Counted from the whole stretch's first letter, positions 47,267-60,947 are shown. The stretch is 63,939 nt of DNA, filler included, from Reticulomyxa filosa (GCA_000512085.1; 18 parts of 18 records of this genome joined end to end with filler, not necessarily neighbours in it); one strand, 5' to 3'. Notes: a model not told the origin generated them from the sequence alone. Made by a program: numbers and translations.

Positions 47267-49242
47267 ACATTTATATCCACATCATTCGTTTTTGTGCAGG
47301 CACATGTTGAGCACATTATTTTAAAGAGAGTTTATCCTTCCGTGTTGGTGTTCATCAATATAATTAACTGTTTGTCCATCATCTTATCATCTTCAGCTAC
47401 GTTAGCAAAATGGACGAATATTTTCAAACACCAGAAAAACTAGTGCTTAGTGAAAATTATAAACTTCAAAAAGTACAAGAAGCTCCTGAGTTTTTAATGA
47501 AATAAGCAACTGATCATTCCATTGTCCAACAAAATAAAAAAAACTCTTGAAAAAAAATTAAAAACATAAGCTTTTATGGAGCCTTGTTAGTGATTTCTTT
47601 TTTTTACGTCCAGTAATTTGTTGACGCTAAAAATGGTTGTTAGTGTTGTTGCAGGAACTGTTGTTGCAAGAATAGTTTCTATTTTCGCGGACCAAAACGG
47701 TCCTTCCTAAAAAAAAACAACATATAATAAAATATTTAAATGAAAAAAAACATATATACATAACTTGTTAGTGGAGCAGCCAACATTACAAAACCGAAAA
47801 AGATCGACAGTAATGTAATGCAAATCATTGCGGATGTAAGATCTTTGTCGAAATTGATAACGTATAACAGCGCAGCGATACTTGTAACTTGAAGTAATAT
47901 AATTCCACCATAATAACAGCAGTTTGAATGCTGGCATCTGGTGGTCATCTCATTCAAATATGTCTTGACTTGTTGTTTTTTTTTCATGTTTAAGTTAAAA
48001 AATGAAAGGGAATCAATATAAAAATTCATTTTTTAACTTAAAAAAATTTTGATTTCAACATTCTCTGAAGTACTTAAAGATAAAAAAGAGATAACTGTAG
48101 TTTATTATAACACAAATTTTATTCTAAAAATGATTTAAATTTTAGTCTTTAAAAGCAAACACAATAAAAATATTCATATGATGGTATTTTAGGTATTCAA
48201 AATTTTAATGTGTGAGATTTTAGAATATTAAGACAACATAATTTTTTTGTTTTACGCAAATTATAGGAAATTGGTAATTTGAATGCACATAATTTTTAAA
48301 ATTATTTATTGAATGATTGGAATATTTTTTCTTTTTTATTACTTTTTTTATATAAACACAAATCATTAACTTAGCTTTTCTGTCAATTGTTTTGTTTCTA
48401 CAATGACATGATAAGCAAGTATGAATTGCGCACAACATTAAATTAACTTTCAAATATCTTAAAGGTGCATCTTGTTGAGAATAATTCTAGTTTTTTGATT
48501 TTACAACTGATCTTAGACAGACATCATTGAATAAGAGCACAATTTGGAACTTCATTCCTTGTCACACTGCTGTTGTTTGGTTTATTTCAACATTAAATAA
48601 TGACAATAATTTCAAACTGGAAAATAGAATATATTATAAGTAAATTAAAATTTTAAAAAATGCAATAACTCACTTACAACAATAACTTCCTATTGATAAT
48701 TTCAAATCAAATAATCCTTTTGTCTCTGATTTATTAAATATTTAGGAAATATGTAAAAAAAATATAACAAAACACTTAAACGTTAAATAGCAATTTGGAT
48801 AATGAGATGAATATTAAATAAAATAAAAAAAAATAAATTTGTAAAACAACGCAAGCCTTTATCACATTCTATAATATTTTATAGTACATTCTCCATAACT
48901 CTTGCAAAAAGTTTTCCAAATAAAGGTAAACTTTCATAATTTAATTAGTCGATCTGTGTTTGATTGAAAGGNNNNNNNNNNNNNNNNNNNNNNNNNNNNN
49001 NNNNNNNNNNNNNNNTTAATTAATTAANNNNNNNNNNNNNNNNNNNNNNNNNNNNNNNNNNNNNNNNNNNNTTTTTTTTTTTATGTGTCGAGAACCTATT
49101 TGCTGAAATTTCTTTCAAAAAAACAGTGGTCCGCTTTTTTTTTGTTGAGAATTCCCCCCTTGTCTGGCGGAATTTGAAAAAGACGCTTAACTTGTACTAT
49201 CCTTAACAAATTAAAAAGAACTCTAAGAAGAAAAAAAAGGGA

Positions 49243-51473
49243 ATGAGTAAGACAGAAGACGAAAAAGTGAACGAAACTGGTAAAACTGAGTTAGCTCCAG
49301 TTTCGCAGCAACAGTTGTGTTTTGACAAAATTGGATTTTGCAATGGAATGAAAATGAAGACATTAAAGATTTTATTTGTTTAATTTGTAAACAAATTGCG
49401 AACAATCCAATGGAAATAAATTGTACGCAACACAAAAATACGGATGAGTTGCTGATTGTCGGAGAGAATTGCCTGAAGCAATTTCTAAGCAGCAATCCGA
49501 ACTCTTGTCCAGTCGAACAGCACGATGGATGTGTGTATGGCAAAGGGAGATTGGCACAGCGACAAATCAGTGAGTTGATTGTAGTGTGTCCACGACAATT
49601 TGAACAAGAGAAAGACCCACAATCCCCTGAGCGATCCAGTTGCGATTTCAAAGGAAAGATAAAGCAAGTGAATGACCACTTGGAAAATAACTGTTCTTTG
49701 CGATTGTTGGATTGTTGGTATAAACCTTTCGGATGCAACTATAAATGTGTCAAGTCTGTGTTGCAAGAGCATCTAGTCTCGGAGATGCAATTGCATTTCG
49801 ATTTGGTGATTCAAGCATTTGACGCGTTAAAACAAGCCACCGAAATGCGTCGAGTTTATCTTTTTATTTATTTATTTATTTTTGTAATGCAAATTGTGTG
49901 GATATAAATAAATACATATGAAACTAAAGGTGGAACACGAGACGCAATTGGAAATTAAAAAAGATAAAGATCTTGCACTTTTGAAACAACAGTTGACACA
50001 ATGCCAACAAGATATCTTACGCTTTGAATCATCTCAGGTTTTTTTTGCGTAATTTATTTTGATCTTAAAAAAAAAAAAAAAATACCTTTACTCAAAAGTA
50101 AATAAAAATTGGACACAGAAGACAACTCACATTGAAAATGAAAAATTGAGAAAAGATATCGAATCAAAAGATAATGAGATCAAGAACATGAAAGCAGAAA
50201 TGCAATCGAATGCGACGAAATTGACGGAATTGCAAAGTGCATTCCAACAAGCAATTCTCAAACATCATATCGATATGGAGTTGATGAAAAAAGATATGAT
50301 GGAGAAAGAAAAGCACATGTTGGAACAGCAACAAATAGTAACGCATTTGTTGGAAGAGAAAGATGATAAAAAAATTCTGGTAACAACGACGAAGGCAAGG
50401 AAAGTGACAACAAGTCCCAACAATCCTTCACTCTCGACTTTGAATTGCTATGCTCTTCCCAGACTTTGCTTGGACATACCGAGTGCGTCAATAGCATTGA
50501 TTACTTGATATTTGAAAACGAACAATTGCTTTGTTCCGGATCAAATGATGAAACAATCGGCATTTGGGATATCGTCTCATCCCAACAAATCAAAGTTTTC
50601 AAAGGACATACCGATTATGTGAATTGCGTGAAATTCTCACCCTATCATCACCACAATCATTGTCTCTCTATCGTCTTTTCTGCATCCAATGATGCAACCA
50701 TTCGATTTTGGTCGGTTGAGACAGGGGAACAAGTTGGACTGCTTGATGCACATACCGATAGCGTCACTGGCGTTCAATTTTCGCCATTTGTGGATGGCCG
50801 ATATCTGTGCTCCGGATCATGGGATAAAACAGTTCGACTGTGGGACATTGAAACTAATACACTATTGCATGCATTCGATGGACATACATTTGCTGTGACA
50901 TGCGTGGAATTTTCGCCTCTACAGAGTACTACTGGCACCAATACAAATCGTGTTGGCGTGATTGGTGGCAGTGGATACACCATTTGTTCTGCATCAAATG
51001 ATCACACGGTTCGCTTATGGGATGTTGAAACCACCAGAGAGTTGTCTGTTTTTAACGGACATACTGATGCTGTAAAGAGCGTAAAATATGGACAAGGAAT
51101 TATCGGTGGTGCAAATACAATTTTGTCTGGATCATTTGATAAAACTGTCTGTCTGTGGGATTCTCGATCTAAAAACGCAATCCACGTGTTCAATGGTCAT
51201 ACTGATGGCGTGACTTGTGTTGGATACCCATCCATTGAAGGCAACGAAAATGTAATATGCTCTGGATCATTGGACAAAACAATACGTTTTTGGGATATTC
51301 GAAACAAAAAAGAATTTCATAAAATTAAAGGCAGTGATGACGATGGTGGAATATTTTGTCTTCAGTTTACTCTATTGGAAACTGGAACTGATGAAAAACA
51401 TAAAAAAATACCCACATTATTTTGTGGATTAGGGGATGGCGCAATTCATTTGTGGAACAAACAAGTCTCTTAA
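49243..51473 (+). CDS. RING-like / TRAF-type zinc finger / coiled-coil / WD40 protein (TRAF7-like architecture), with two single-base frameshifts in A-runs
   Basis: CLICKQIANNPMEINC..H..GENC..CP; VVCP..CDFKGKIKQVNDHLENNC..CWYKPFGC..LQEHL; coiled-coil exons; about seven GH..WD repeats in ORF 50445-51473. Frame slips at ~49330 and ~50370. Confidence 0.85.
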
Positions 51474-52147
51474 AACTCTTTTTTTCTTGGAAAAGAATAA
51501 GTAAAGGATCACGTTTGTTTTTTTTCTTGACGAAAAGAAATTTTTTTTTGTAAATAAACATTGCTTCTGGCTTCAATGCGATTTTCGGTAAACTAAGCAC
51601 AGACATTGCGATTTTTCAATAGCACTTAAGGACACACCTACTTGCGTTCTTTAAACATGTCAAGACATATTTTAATCTATTCACATGTTTGTCGTTAATT
51701 ACGTCAATTGTAAAAATTATTTATAAATCATTGACTAAAGCCATTATGCCATACTTTAAATGCAAAACGAAACAAGGAAACCACAAAAGTTCAGTCATCC
51801 CGATTAATCTAAATATATATCTTTTCTTTAGACAAATAATTGATGAAAGGCATGCACGCTACGGCAATCAACGAAAAAGAACATACAACAGAGTTGGTAA
51901 GCTTCCATCTTGATACATCAAAAAGAACTCTGTTGAACAGCTAAAACAAAACTACTTTATTAACTGAATAAATACCCACTCCTCAAAAAAGTCAAGAAAA
52001 AAAATAGAAGTAATAACCCAAAATTGGATTCGAATGTTATCTATAAAATTAGGATGGATTTATGATTTTGATAAAATTATCATTAAATATGTTAAAATTT
52101 TTGTTTTTTTTGAATTACAAAACACGAAAAAAAAAATATGAATATAG

Positions 52148-53029
52148 ATGGGTTACAATTTGTTGAAAATTCTACAAAGACATAAAGATACCATAAAGAG
52201 TGTAAGATTTTCACCAAGTGGTCTTAGAGTTGTTGCACCATCATTTGACACAATAATTCGGATATGGGATATTGCAACAGGAGAAGAAGTACAAAATTTT
52301 AAAGGACATTCAGATTGGGTTCTTGTTGCAGAATTTTCCTCAGATGGAAGTATTATAGCGTCAGGTGCAAGCGATAATACAATTCGATTATGGAATGTAG
52401 AGTCAGGAAAAGAATTAATAACATTAGAGGGACATTTTTCTCCAATATGGTGTGTGAATTTTTCCCCAAATGATAAATACATTGCATCAGGTTCATTTGA
52501 TGAAACAATAAGATTATGGGATATACATTCAAAAAAAGAGATTAAAAAATTGAGGGGTCATTTTGCTGGTATACGAAGTGTTCAATTTTCTTTAAATGGT
52601 GAAATGATCGTATCGGCATCAGACGATAAAATGATATGTTTATGGGATGTAAAATCAGGTGAAATGATTAAAAAATTAATAGGACATCATAATAATGTAA
52701 TGTTTGCACAATTTTCTCGAAATAATAAATGTATTGTATCATGTTCAGAAGATGGAACAATTCGAATATGGGATGTAGAAACAGGAAAAGAATTAAAAAA
52801 ATTAGAAGGACATTTAGCTGGTGTAAGCAATGTAAAATATTTTCCAGATGACCAAACTATTTTGTCTTGTTCATGGGATACAACAATTCGTTTATGGGAC
52901 GTAAAAACAGGAAAGGAAATACAAAAATTGGAAGGGCATTCTGAATGGGTCAGAGCAATAGATATTTCATCAGATGGTAATACAATTGTATCATGCTCTG
53001 AAGATAAAACTATTCGAGTATGGGGATGA
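52148..53029 (+). CDS. WD40-repeat beta-propeller protein (7 highly regular repeats; terminal exon)
   Basis: Seven GH/RH..(S)xDxTIRxWD repeats. Upstream exon remnant NWIRMLSIKLGWIYDFDKIIIKY at ~52022-52090 is followed by a GT donor. Confidence 0.93.
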   Translation: MGYNLLKILQRHKDTIKSVRFSPSGLRVVAPSFDTIIRIWDIATGEEVQNFKGHSDWVLVAEFSSDGSIIASGASDNTIRLWNVESGKELITLEGHFSPIWCVNFSPNDKYIASGSFDETIRLWDIHSKKEIKKLRGHFAGIRSVQFSLNGEMIVSASDDKMICLWDVKSGEMIKKLIGHHNNVMFAQFSRNNKCIVSCSEDGTIRIWDVETGKELKKLEGHLAGVSNVKYFPDDQTILSCSWDTTIRLWDVKTGKEIQKLEGHSEWVRAIDISSDGNTIVSCSEDKTIRVWG

Positions 53030-54259
53030 TAAATATTACAATGAATTTATTGTAAAAGATTTTAATGTTCTAACAATCTAACATACGCTAATACCAAAAT
53101 CTTGATTAATATCAAGTTTAAAAGTTGTCCGAAAGGTTTCAAAAGAAAAAAATAACAATATTTGAATTGATTTTTTGTCATAAGAACGTGATACAAAACT
53201 TCACTTTGAAGAAAATTTTGCACATGTTTGAATAGTGAATGACCTATTAATCTGTTAATCTTTTTTACTCCATAAAGCAATAACGGTTTGATTACTGGAT
53301 ATTGTGATTCAATATAATGAGATTGTCCAACATAATATTTACTCATTTACATTATTATTTTAGCTCTTTTTTTAAATACCTCCTTTCGTTGATTTGAGAA
53401 AAATTTTTTCATCTTACATCATCTAAGACAAGTTCAAAAGAAATAGAAAGAATGACAACTACTCTTGATAATGAAAAACAAAATTTAATGCAGCAAGCAT
53501 CGGTAAAAATTGAAGCTTTCAGAAAGTTGGTAGTCTTTAGATTTTTATTGTATGATAAAAAAGCTCGGTGGATAAGGCCATCCGATTCTAGATATAAAAT
53601 TAAAAGGTTATGATGGAACAGCCCAATATAGTATCGAAAAAAAGAACATTAAACTACCCCAAATTATATTGTTTTGTCCCAAGGACGACACATATCAACT
53701 CGGTAACACAACAAGAATGCAATGATGGTCAGCAGGCAAGAAACAAGAGTTTAATCATCTGAAAAATATTTTAATTGTGGAACAGCCCAGAAAGTCATTA
53801 TAATATTTTAAATTGTTTTTTATTTTAAATTTTTGTTAAAGGAAATGAAAACAATAATTTGTTAGCTATCCTTCCATTAACATTTTGAATGTAATATTTT
53901 TGAATGGAAAAAGTACTGAATTAATAGTATAAAAAAAGTGTTTATTATTTGAGATTTGAAATTTTTTCTTTGTTATATTATGTAAATATAAAGATTTAAA
54001 TTATAATAAGCTGATATTTCTGTGTATGTTAAAAAACTTATCCCCAAATACGAATCAAACCACAATAACTCTTTTTTTTATAAACTTTCTCATTTATTTG
54101 CAACGGAAAAACATAAAATTCCATAATCCTCTGTATTACTTTCTTTGATTAAATAATTCATTCTAAACGTTCTAAAAAAGAATTGTATTATCTCCTGGTT
54201 CAGGATATATTACATTGGAATAAACAAATTCACTACTTATAACTGTGAATATTCAACAA

Positions 54260-54590
54260 CCGTACGGTATGTGTATGTCAATTCGACATTTTAATTTGTT
54301 GACCAGATCGAATTTCTCAAAAACGATACTTTTATCAAATGATGAAGAACAAGTACTATCACGATGATAATTATAATATTGATAATAAAATTTCACAATA
54401 TATATCACTTGAATATCCTCTGAATGATTGAATTTGCAATTGTTTTTTATTCCACATACGAATTGTATTATCAGAAGATCCAGCAAAATGAATTGAAAAT
54501 CATTAAATATTGAATAATCAATACTTCACACATATAGTATGCCCAGTGAATGTATTAATGATTTGGGTGACAAACAAAACATAGCAATGA
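54260..54590 (-). pseudogene. WD40 gene relic paralogous to 50445-51473
   Basis: Pieces in shifting frames: INTFTGHT, SIDYSIFNDFQFI, GSSDNTIRMW, IQSFRGYS, VKFYYQYYNYHR..CSSSFDKSI. Confidence 0.8.
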
Positions 54591-57389
54591 TAATTAGAGC
54601 TTTAAGAAAATCGAAAAGGGAATAAAGAGATTTAATTTGCACAATTTGAACTGCTTTTGGATTAATTTACTTCAAATCAACATTTGATGGATACAATTAA
54701 TATCAATCTAAATGTATTTGTACTTTAAAAGACATCTCACACTTGGAAGATAAATACACACTACTCAGATCTTGTTATAAATAAAACAAAATGTAGTGGT
54801 ATTCCNNNNNNNNNNNNNNNNNNNNNNNNNNNNNNNNNNNNNNNNNNNNTTAATTAATTAANNNNNNNNNNNNNNNNNNNNNNNNNNNNNNNNNNNNNNN
54901 NNNNNATTGAAACCTTTGTCTGAACAATACACAATAATAATACGACGAAAATACTATTTATTGACTTGGTTTTGTTTTCTATTTTATTTTTTATATACTT
55001 TAATATTTTTGAAGTTTAATAAAAAGTAGCATTGTTTTAATTTTATCTTTTATTTTTAAAGAAGATGAAAAAAAACTAAAAGAAAATATGCTGATATAAA
55101 CATTTCACTCTCCCTTTTTTTATTTTGTTTGCGCTTTTAGTTTTTATTTCAAATGGTAATTATCAACCCTATTTAACTTATTTTTCTTGAAGACTTTTCA
55201 ATTTTCATTCTTGAAAACATGATAATACTTTTTAATTTATGTTATTATTTCATAGAGTAACGGAAGAAATGAAGAATTCTACGTGGCCAAAACAACAATG
55301 AGAAAAAAAGCTAATCCTTTGTTTAAAGGGTTTTTTATTTCTACAAGAAGGGCAAAGTGTTAATGTTTGTAATGATACAAAATGGATAGTCTCATCCTAC
55401 AAGATTCTTTGTAATAAATTGGCAAAGCTATGCATAATAAACAAATAAGATGGCTTCAAAAGTGTAAATTAGTTTAGAGAATTATTATCAAAAATGCTTT
55501 AAAATTTTTAGAAAAGATAAGATATAAGTTACTTAAAATACAAAGATTTGTTATCAGAGTGTACAATACTTTTTAAATGAAGGAATACAAATGCTGATTT
55601 TTTGTATTTGTTACCCCAACTTTCTTTTCATTCGTTGCTACGGCTATTGTCACATTATTTTGCATACGTGTCGGCATAGTCTAACAATAGCAGTTGTGTG
55701 AAATTATTATTTTCTTTATTGTGTTCACGCTTTCATCGTTGTCTCTTCAGCCCTTTGATCATACTACACCTTAAACAATCTATTAATAACAACAAATTGT
55801 CCTTTGTCATTTTCAGTATAATTTTTGAAATTTTTTTCTTTTCTCTATTGTCACGCTTTGATAAATGTGTTATCGCTTCAAGATAATGAAAGAGTTGAAC
55901 AAATTATCACCACTTATTTGATTCTTGAATTGATGAAAAAAATTGTACAAACACAAATCAAAGAAATATTTATTGTGTTTTGAAAGATATCAATATAATT
56001 ATTGACAATTTTTATAAGTAAGCTGAACAATTTTCAATTTGAATCTATGTTTCCCTTGATTGAAATCATTGAGTAATGATACGTTAACTCAAATTCACAA
56101 TTCTCTGACAATTGAGAAACTTTGACCAAGTTTGTTCAATATTCTGAAGAATCAAAGTTTCAATACTTTTCAAATGAAAATAGATCGATCTTTTCTTTTG
56201 TTTGCTGCACCAATCAATGAAAGGAATTTTTTCTAAATTTCATTAACAAATAAGATAAATTTTATTATTTTAAAAAATAATGTAAACCGGACATATAAAT
56301 GTAATTTCAGAATATGATTTACAGCTTGAAAATACGTCCAATTACTGACCAGGTCAAAGGCATCATATTCATATAATTATTTTTTTTTTCATATTTATCG
56401 TAATGGAAAAGACGTTACATATATGACATTTGAATTTTACGTGAACAATGCCTCTTTTAAAATTTTTACAAGATACTTTATAACATCTTTTGCATGAAAG
56501 AATAATTGCATAATGTAATGCTTTGTTAATTGTGGTTTTTACAGCAAGTCAGAATGAGATGTACTTTTTTGGATGACAAATTTGTTTTTTTTGAAAAAAT
56601 TATTTTGTTAGAATAATGAAAATTTGATATCATTTATTGAAACTGTTTATTTGTAATGTTTCAAACATAGTGTTTTGCAATTGTGTATTTCCAGAAGAAA
56701 AAAGCAGTAAAATTCCATTAAAACAAGTAAACTTTCATTATCTTATGTTGAGATTGTAATGTGGAAAAAACCTACCAATAATATTTTTTTATATAAAAAA
56801 ACTTAGACGACGTGGTTTTCTATTTAGACAAAAATTCTTTCTCGTGTAACCGCTATTTAACTGTTTCGTGAATTCGCAACTCTAAAAAAAAAACACAGCC
56901 ATTTACCGTTGCAAACATGTTTTCTTCTTTACAAAAAGAAATATACTAAATTTATAGTATCAGCAAAGATTAATCAATATATCTCCTCTTGCTATGAAGC
57001 AAAGGAAACTAGAACTTTTTTTTTGTCGTGGGGTTCTCACAAAAATCAATTCGTTTTTGATACTAAAATTTCCTTTTGTCAATAAAAAATACATTTATTT
57101 TGTTTATTTTGGCAACGCAACATTGAGTATTTTTCAAAATTTTCATCAGCCTTAATTCATTGGAAGTATAACTCTCTTTATAAGCAATGTACTTCAATAA
57201 GTTCATGTAAGCAAACTTTCATAAGGAACACTAACTGTAAGCAGAAAAAAGTATTTCTATTTCTTTTTTTCGAAGGCAAGAAAGGTATGCTGCGCCACTT
57301 GTACACTGGTGTAAAGTGGTAATAGTGAACCTTTTTTTTGAACGGGGGTAAGGGGAAAAAAGGAAATCTTTTTTTGAAGACTGTGTAGT

Positions 57390-57906
57390 AATGAGCGATG
57401 ATATTGAAGTGGCTAACAAACCAAGCTATCATCAAAATAAACAAGTTCTTTATTTAAAAAACTTGAAGCGATAGAACGTGGCAACAAGATTTGAAGACAA
57501 CAAAACGTTGGAAATCAAATTATCAATGCCAAACAAAACGGAATATATCGAATGCTTACATTTATTTGGAGAAGTGATCCCAGAAAGAACACAGCTTGAA
57601 GTAAATCCCTACAAGGTCATTATTACTCTCCAGGTATGTTTCTACTTATTAAAAAAAAAAAGGAGTATACAATTTTAAGTATGTTTTTTTATTAACAAAA
57701 AAGAAAAACAAGATAGCGGTATTCAAGTGAAAATAAGAGAAAACGTATCTAGTGGAACAAGCCAAGGGACAAAAGCTCCTTGGACAAAACGTGGAGATTG
57801 GAACAAGATATCAAAAGAGACAACTCAAGAGTTGGAAAACGAAAAACCTGATGGCGATAAGACTTTGCAAAAACTGTTTCAACAGATATACTCAAATGCA
57901 ACATAG
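57390..57906 (+). pseudogene. SGT1: SGT1 co-chaperone relic (CS domain plus start of SGS domain)
   Basis: VATRFEDNKTLEIKLSMPNKTEYIECLHLFGEVIPERTQLEVNPYKVIITLQ (CS domain), GT intron at 57634. Frame from 57721: KRGDWNKISKETTQELENEKPDGDKTLQKLFQQIYSNAT* matches SGS DWDK..E.K.DGDAALNKLFQ.IY.NA. In-frame stops are present. Confidence 0.8.
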
Positions 57907-57909
57907 ACA

Positions 57910-58810
57910 TCCCAAAGAAAGGTTCAACGGATGGAAATCAGCACAAAACAAAAGAAATTGGACGAAATGTTTCTTCGATTGCAAGACGTCGAAAGTCGAT
58001 TTCAAGCGATATAGGAGGAAAATGATCGATTGAAATCCAAAGCGGCGAGCCTACAGAAACAATTTGATGAAATGGATCTTAATTCAAAAATGTGTCTCGC
58101 CAAGTCGATGACGTATCTCGTGCAAAAAAAGAAGCCAAAGAAATGAGCGATTGGATCACTGTTTTATCTGGCCAAAATGCAAAATTAAAAGCACAGATCA
58201 GTAAATTGCAAATCAAATTGCAAGAATTAATTAAGAAGTTAGAAGAGCTTCAAAAGGTTTGTTTTTTGTAAAAACCCCTTTTATGTCATAAACGTAAATC
58301 CAAATCGCGCATTTGTGTGATTGTGAAAAACTGCAAAATACTTCTGGCAAACTGCGACAAGAATTGTGTGAAATGGAAAAATAAAGAGCTGAATTAGAAA
58401 AGAGACAGCGAAAGGCAAATGGGACCGAGTTGGAACATCAGATAAACAAATTAAGACAAGACATAGACGCAAAGCAACAGGAATTAGAAAAAACGATAGC
58501 CGAGTTAGACCAATTCAAGATAACATGTCGGCCAAAATCAAAGAGGAAATGGAAGAAAAAGAACAAAAACTGGAAGACAATGACGAAGATATCGATGTGA
58601 AAGTTGTAAAGTTGGATGCAATGTTAGAACATTCGGAAAAGGTTGTTCAAAAATACAAACAAAAGATCGAATTGTTGGAAAAAGAAAACGAACAGATATC
58701 GGAAAAACAAAGAAATTGCGTTGTGGAAATGAACGATCTTCGTCTCGATATTAAAAACAAAATCAAATAGATCGAGTTGCTAAATCAACGCAGCAAAGAA
58801 GTTTTAAACA
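57910..58810 (+). pseudogene. Decayed coiled-coil protein fragment
   Basis: E/K/Q/L-rich heptad-like segments in several frames with stops (e.g. ORF 58525-58770). Confidence 0.5.
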
Positions 58811-59460
58811 CAAATACTACTTTGTCTTTGATTATGTGAGTTTAAATAATGAAAAAAACACAAAATATTTTAAAGTCAATGAATCAAAAAATGAGTTTTG
58901 TAAAAAAAATTTCAGAAGCAATTTGTTAGATACTTTTATTTTCCTTTGAAAAGTTTACAATTACTTTTTTTTGAAACATTACACACCAAAAGTAACAAAC
59001 AATTTAAAAATAAAACTTTAAAGATTGAATATCTTTTATAACTAACTGTAAAAAAATTAAAAAAGCTTTGTCGACAATTAAAAATTTGTTAAAATGATTT
59101 AAGAAACAAGTAATAAAAAAACTTAAATTAGATTTACAAAAAAAATTGTCGATCAACGACCCTTCATTTTTGCAAAGTCGTCCATACGTAGAATAAAGTT
59201 TTACTCGATACGGTTGAGATTTCAAAAGATATACCAAAACACACTTTTGTAGAGCTCGGAAAGTATCACCAAGTCCGCGCTATCGCGACTCAATAACTCC
59301 TTCCCATTTGCGAGAAAACTCAANNNNNNNNNNNNNNNNNNNNNNNNNNNNNNNNNNNNNNNNNNNNTTAATTAATTAANNNNNNNNNNNNNNNNNNNNN
59401 NNNNNNNNNNNNNNNNNNNNNNNCCTTTTCGCCTCTCTTTTTTTTACTGGCCCGATCTAC

Positions 59461-59712
59461 TTAACATTCTCCTGCATTGACTGTTCCCTTCACACTCTTC
59501 AAAATTGTTTTCATCGTTTTGCTCCCTGGAAAGGCTGGTACTTGTGCAACAACATTCGAAAACTCCAAGTTCATACTTGGAGCACGATCTGTGGCTGACA
59601 AAAAGCGCTCTAAACGGCGAGAGGTCGTCATTTTCGACAGTAACTGCTTGCTTGAATTATTTTTTATATCATCTTCTGCTTTCACTTCTACTTCTATATC
59701 TTGAGCGTCCAT
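59461..59712 (-). CDS. ABCG (White-like) transporter, first exon only
   Basis: MNLEFSNVVAQV..KTILKSVKGTVNAGE is the typical pre-Walker-A segment of ABCG NBDs. The contig ends just downstream. Confidence 0.7.
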   Translation of the reverse strand: MDAQDIEVEVKAEDDIKNNSSKQLLSKMTTSRRLERFLSATDRAPSMNLEFSNVVAQVPAFPGSKTMKTILKSVKGTVNAGEC

Positions 59713-59963
59713 TATTTTCACTTTAAGAAATAATGCAAAGAAAAAAAATTATTTGACAATATCGTACTGAACGTACCAAAACCTTAACATCAAACTACTC
59801 ACATAACGATTTTTTAAGTTGCTCAGTTTGTTAATGAAATAACAGTTAGATTGGTAATAATGACTAAAGTCTCATCTTTAACATTAAATGCTTTATCTAC
59901 TTATCATAATCAATTTATATACATAATTTAAACAAGAAACAAGAACTAAAAGAAAATTATAAG

Positions 59964-60445
59964 ATGGAAGAAAAAATCAAAGAAAGTGCGAAAATGGACT
60001 TGAAGTCAATTACGAACAACAGGCTTGCTTTGACGAAAATTAGATTTTACAATTGAACAAGCAGGAATACATTTACGGTGTTATTCGTTTTATTTGCAAA
60101 CAAGTCGCCAACAGCCTAATGGAAATAAATTGCGATTAACATAAATATTGGTGAATTGTTGATAGTAGTAAAAAAATTGCTTGCAGCAATTTCTTAGTCT
60201 AAACACAAATTCTTATACAGTCAAACACATGACAACTATTCGATTCTAAACGTCGGTTGTCGAAATGATACATTAATGAATTGAACGTGATATATCTACG
60301 ACAATTTGAACAAGAATAACAACTACAAATGTCAACGCAACAAGGACATGAAGAAGGAGAAACAGCTGGATTTGTGAGTTGTAATTTTAAAGGAAAAGTG
60401 AAGCATGTGAATGATCACATGGGACATCCTTGTTGCTACAAATAG
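59964..60445 (+). pseudogene. RING-like/TRAF zinc-finger gene relic paralogous to 49243-49850
   Basis: ACFDEN*ILQLNKQE..FICKQVANSLMEINCD*H..RQFEQE*..SCNFKGKVKHVNDH, with stops and frameshifts. Confidence 0.85.
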
Positions 60446-60947
60446 TAACATGCCGTAGTGATGACAATCTTTTCCTTTAACTTTTAATTAACTATCTTTC
60501 ATATCGAAAATACAATTTACTTTATTGTACAATATTCATACAATTGTTTTATTTCTTTTTATAATTTCATATACTAATGATTTAATTCAATCTAATTGTC
60601 TGTACACAATACAAAGTGTTTATAATTTCTTTATTTTTTCTTTTGTTTTCATTATTTTTAAAAGTATCTATAATTTCGATCAGCAGACATTTTCGCGTTT
60701 TGCCACAAAGTACTTGCATATTGTCAAAGGAAAAGGTTTACATTTCCACTAGTCTAGCAAATTTGATAATGTTAATACAATTTTAAGAAGAGTATGAACT
60801 TTGTTTTAAAAGTTAATATTGCCTTAGCCGTATTCGATAGAGAGCTGCATTGCATGGATTTTGTCGCCCTCTTTCTGAGCATTGTTGCAATAGCAACAAC
60901 AACAAAAGAAAAAAAAAAGCATGCATGTTGGACGTATTAAAACAGTG

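Noticed and set aside
47736-47950. FGFVMLAAPL resembling a SWEET transporter motif
   Set aside because: The following sequence does not continue the MtN3 pattern, and the match is too short to call.
59235-59323. GC-richer contig end as a possible snRNA
   Set aside because: No Sm site or U-snRNA signature recognised. It reads as an ordinary minus-strand coding tail (LSFLANGKELLSRDSADLVILSELYK).
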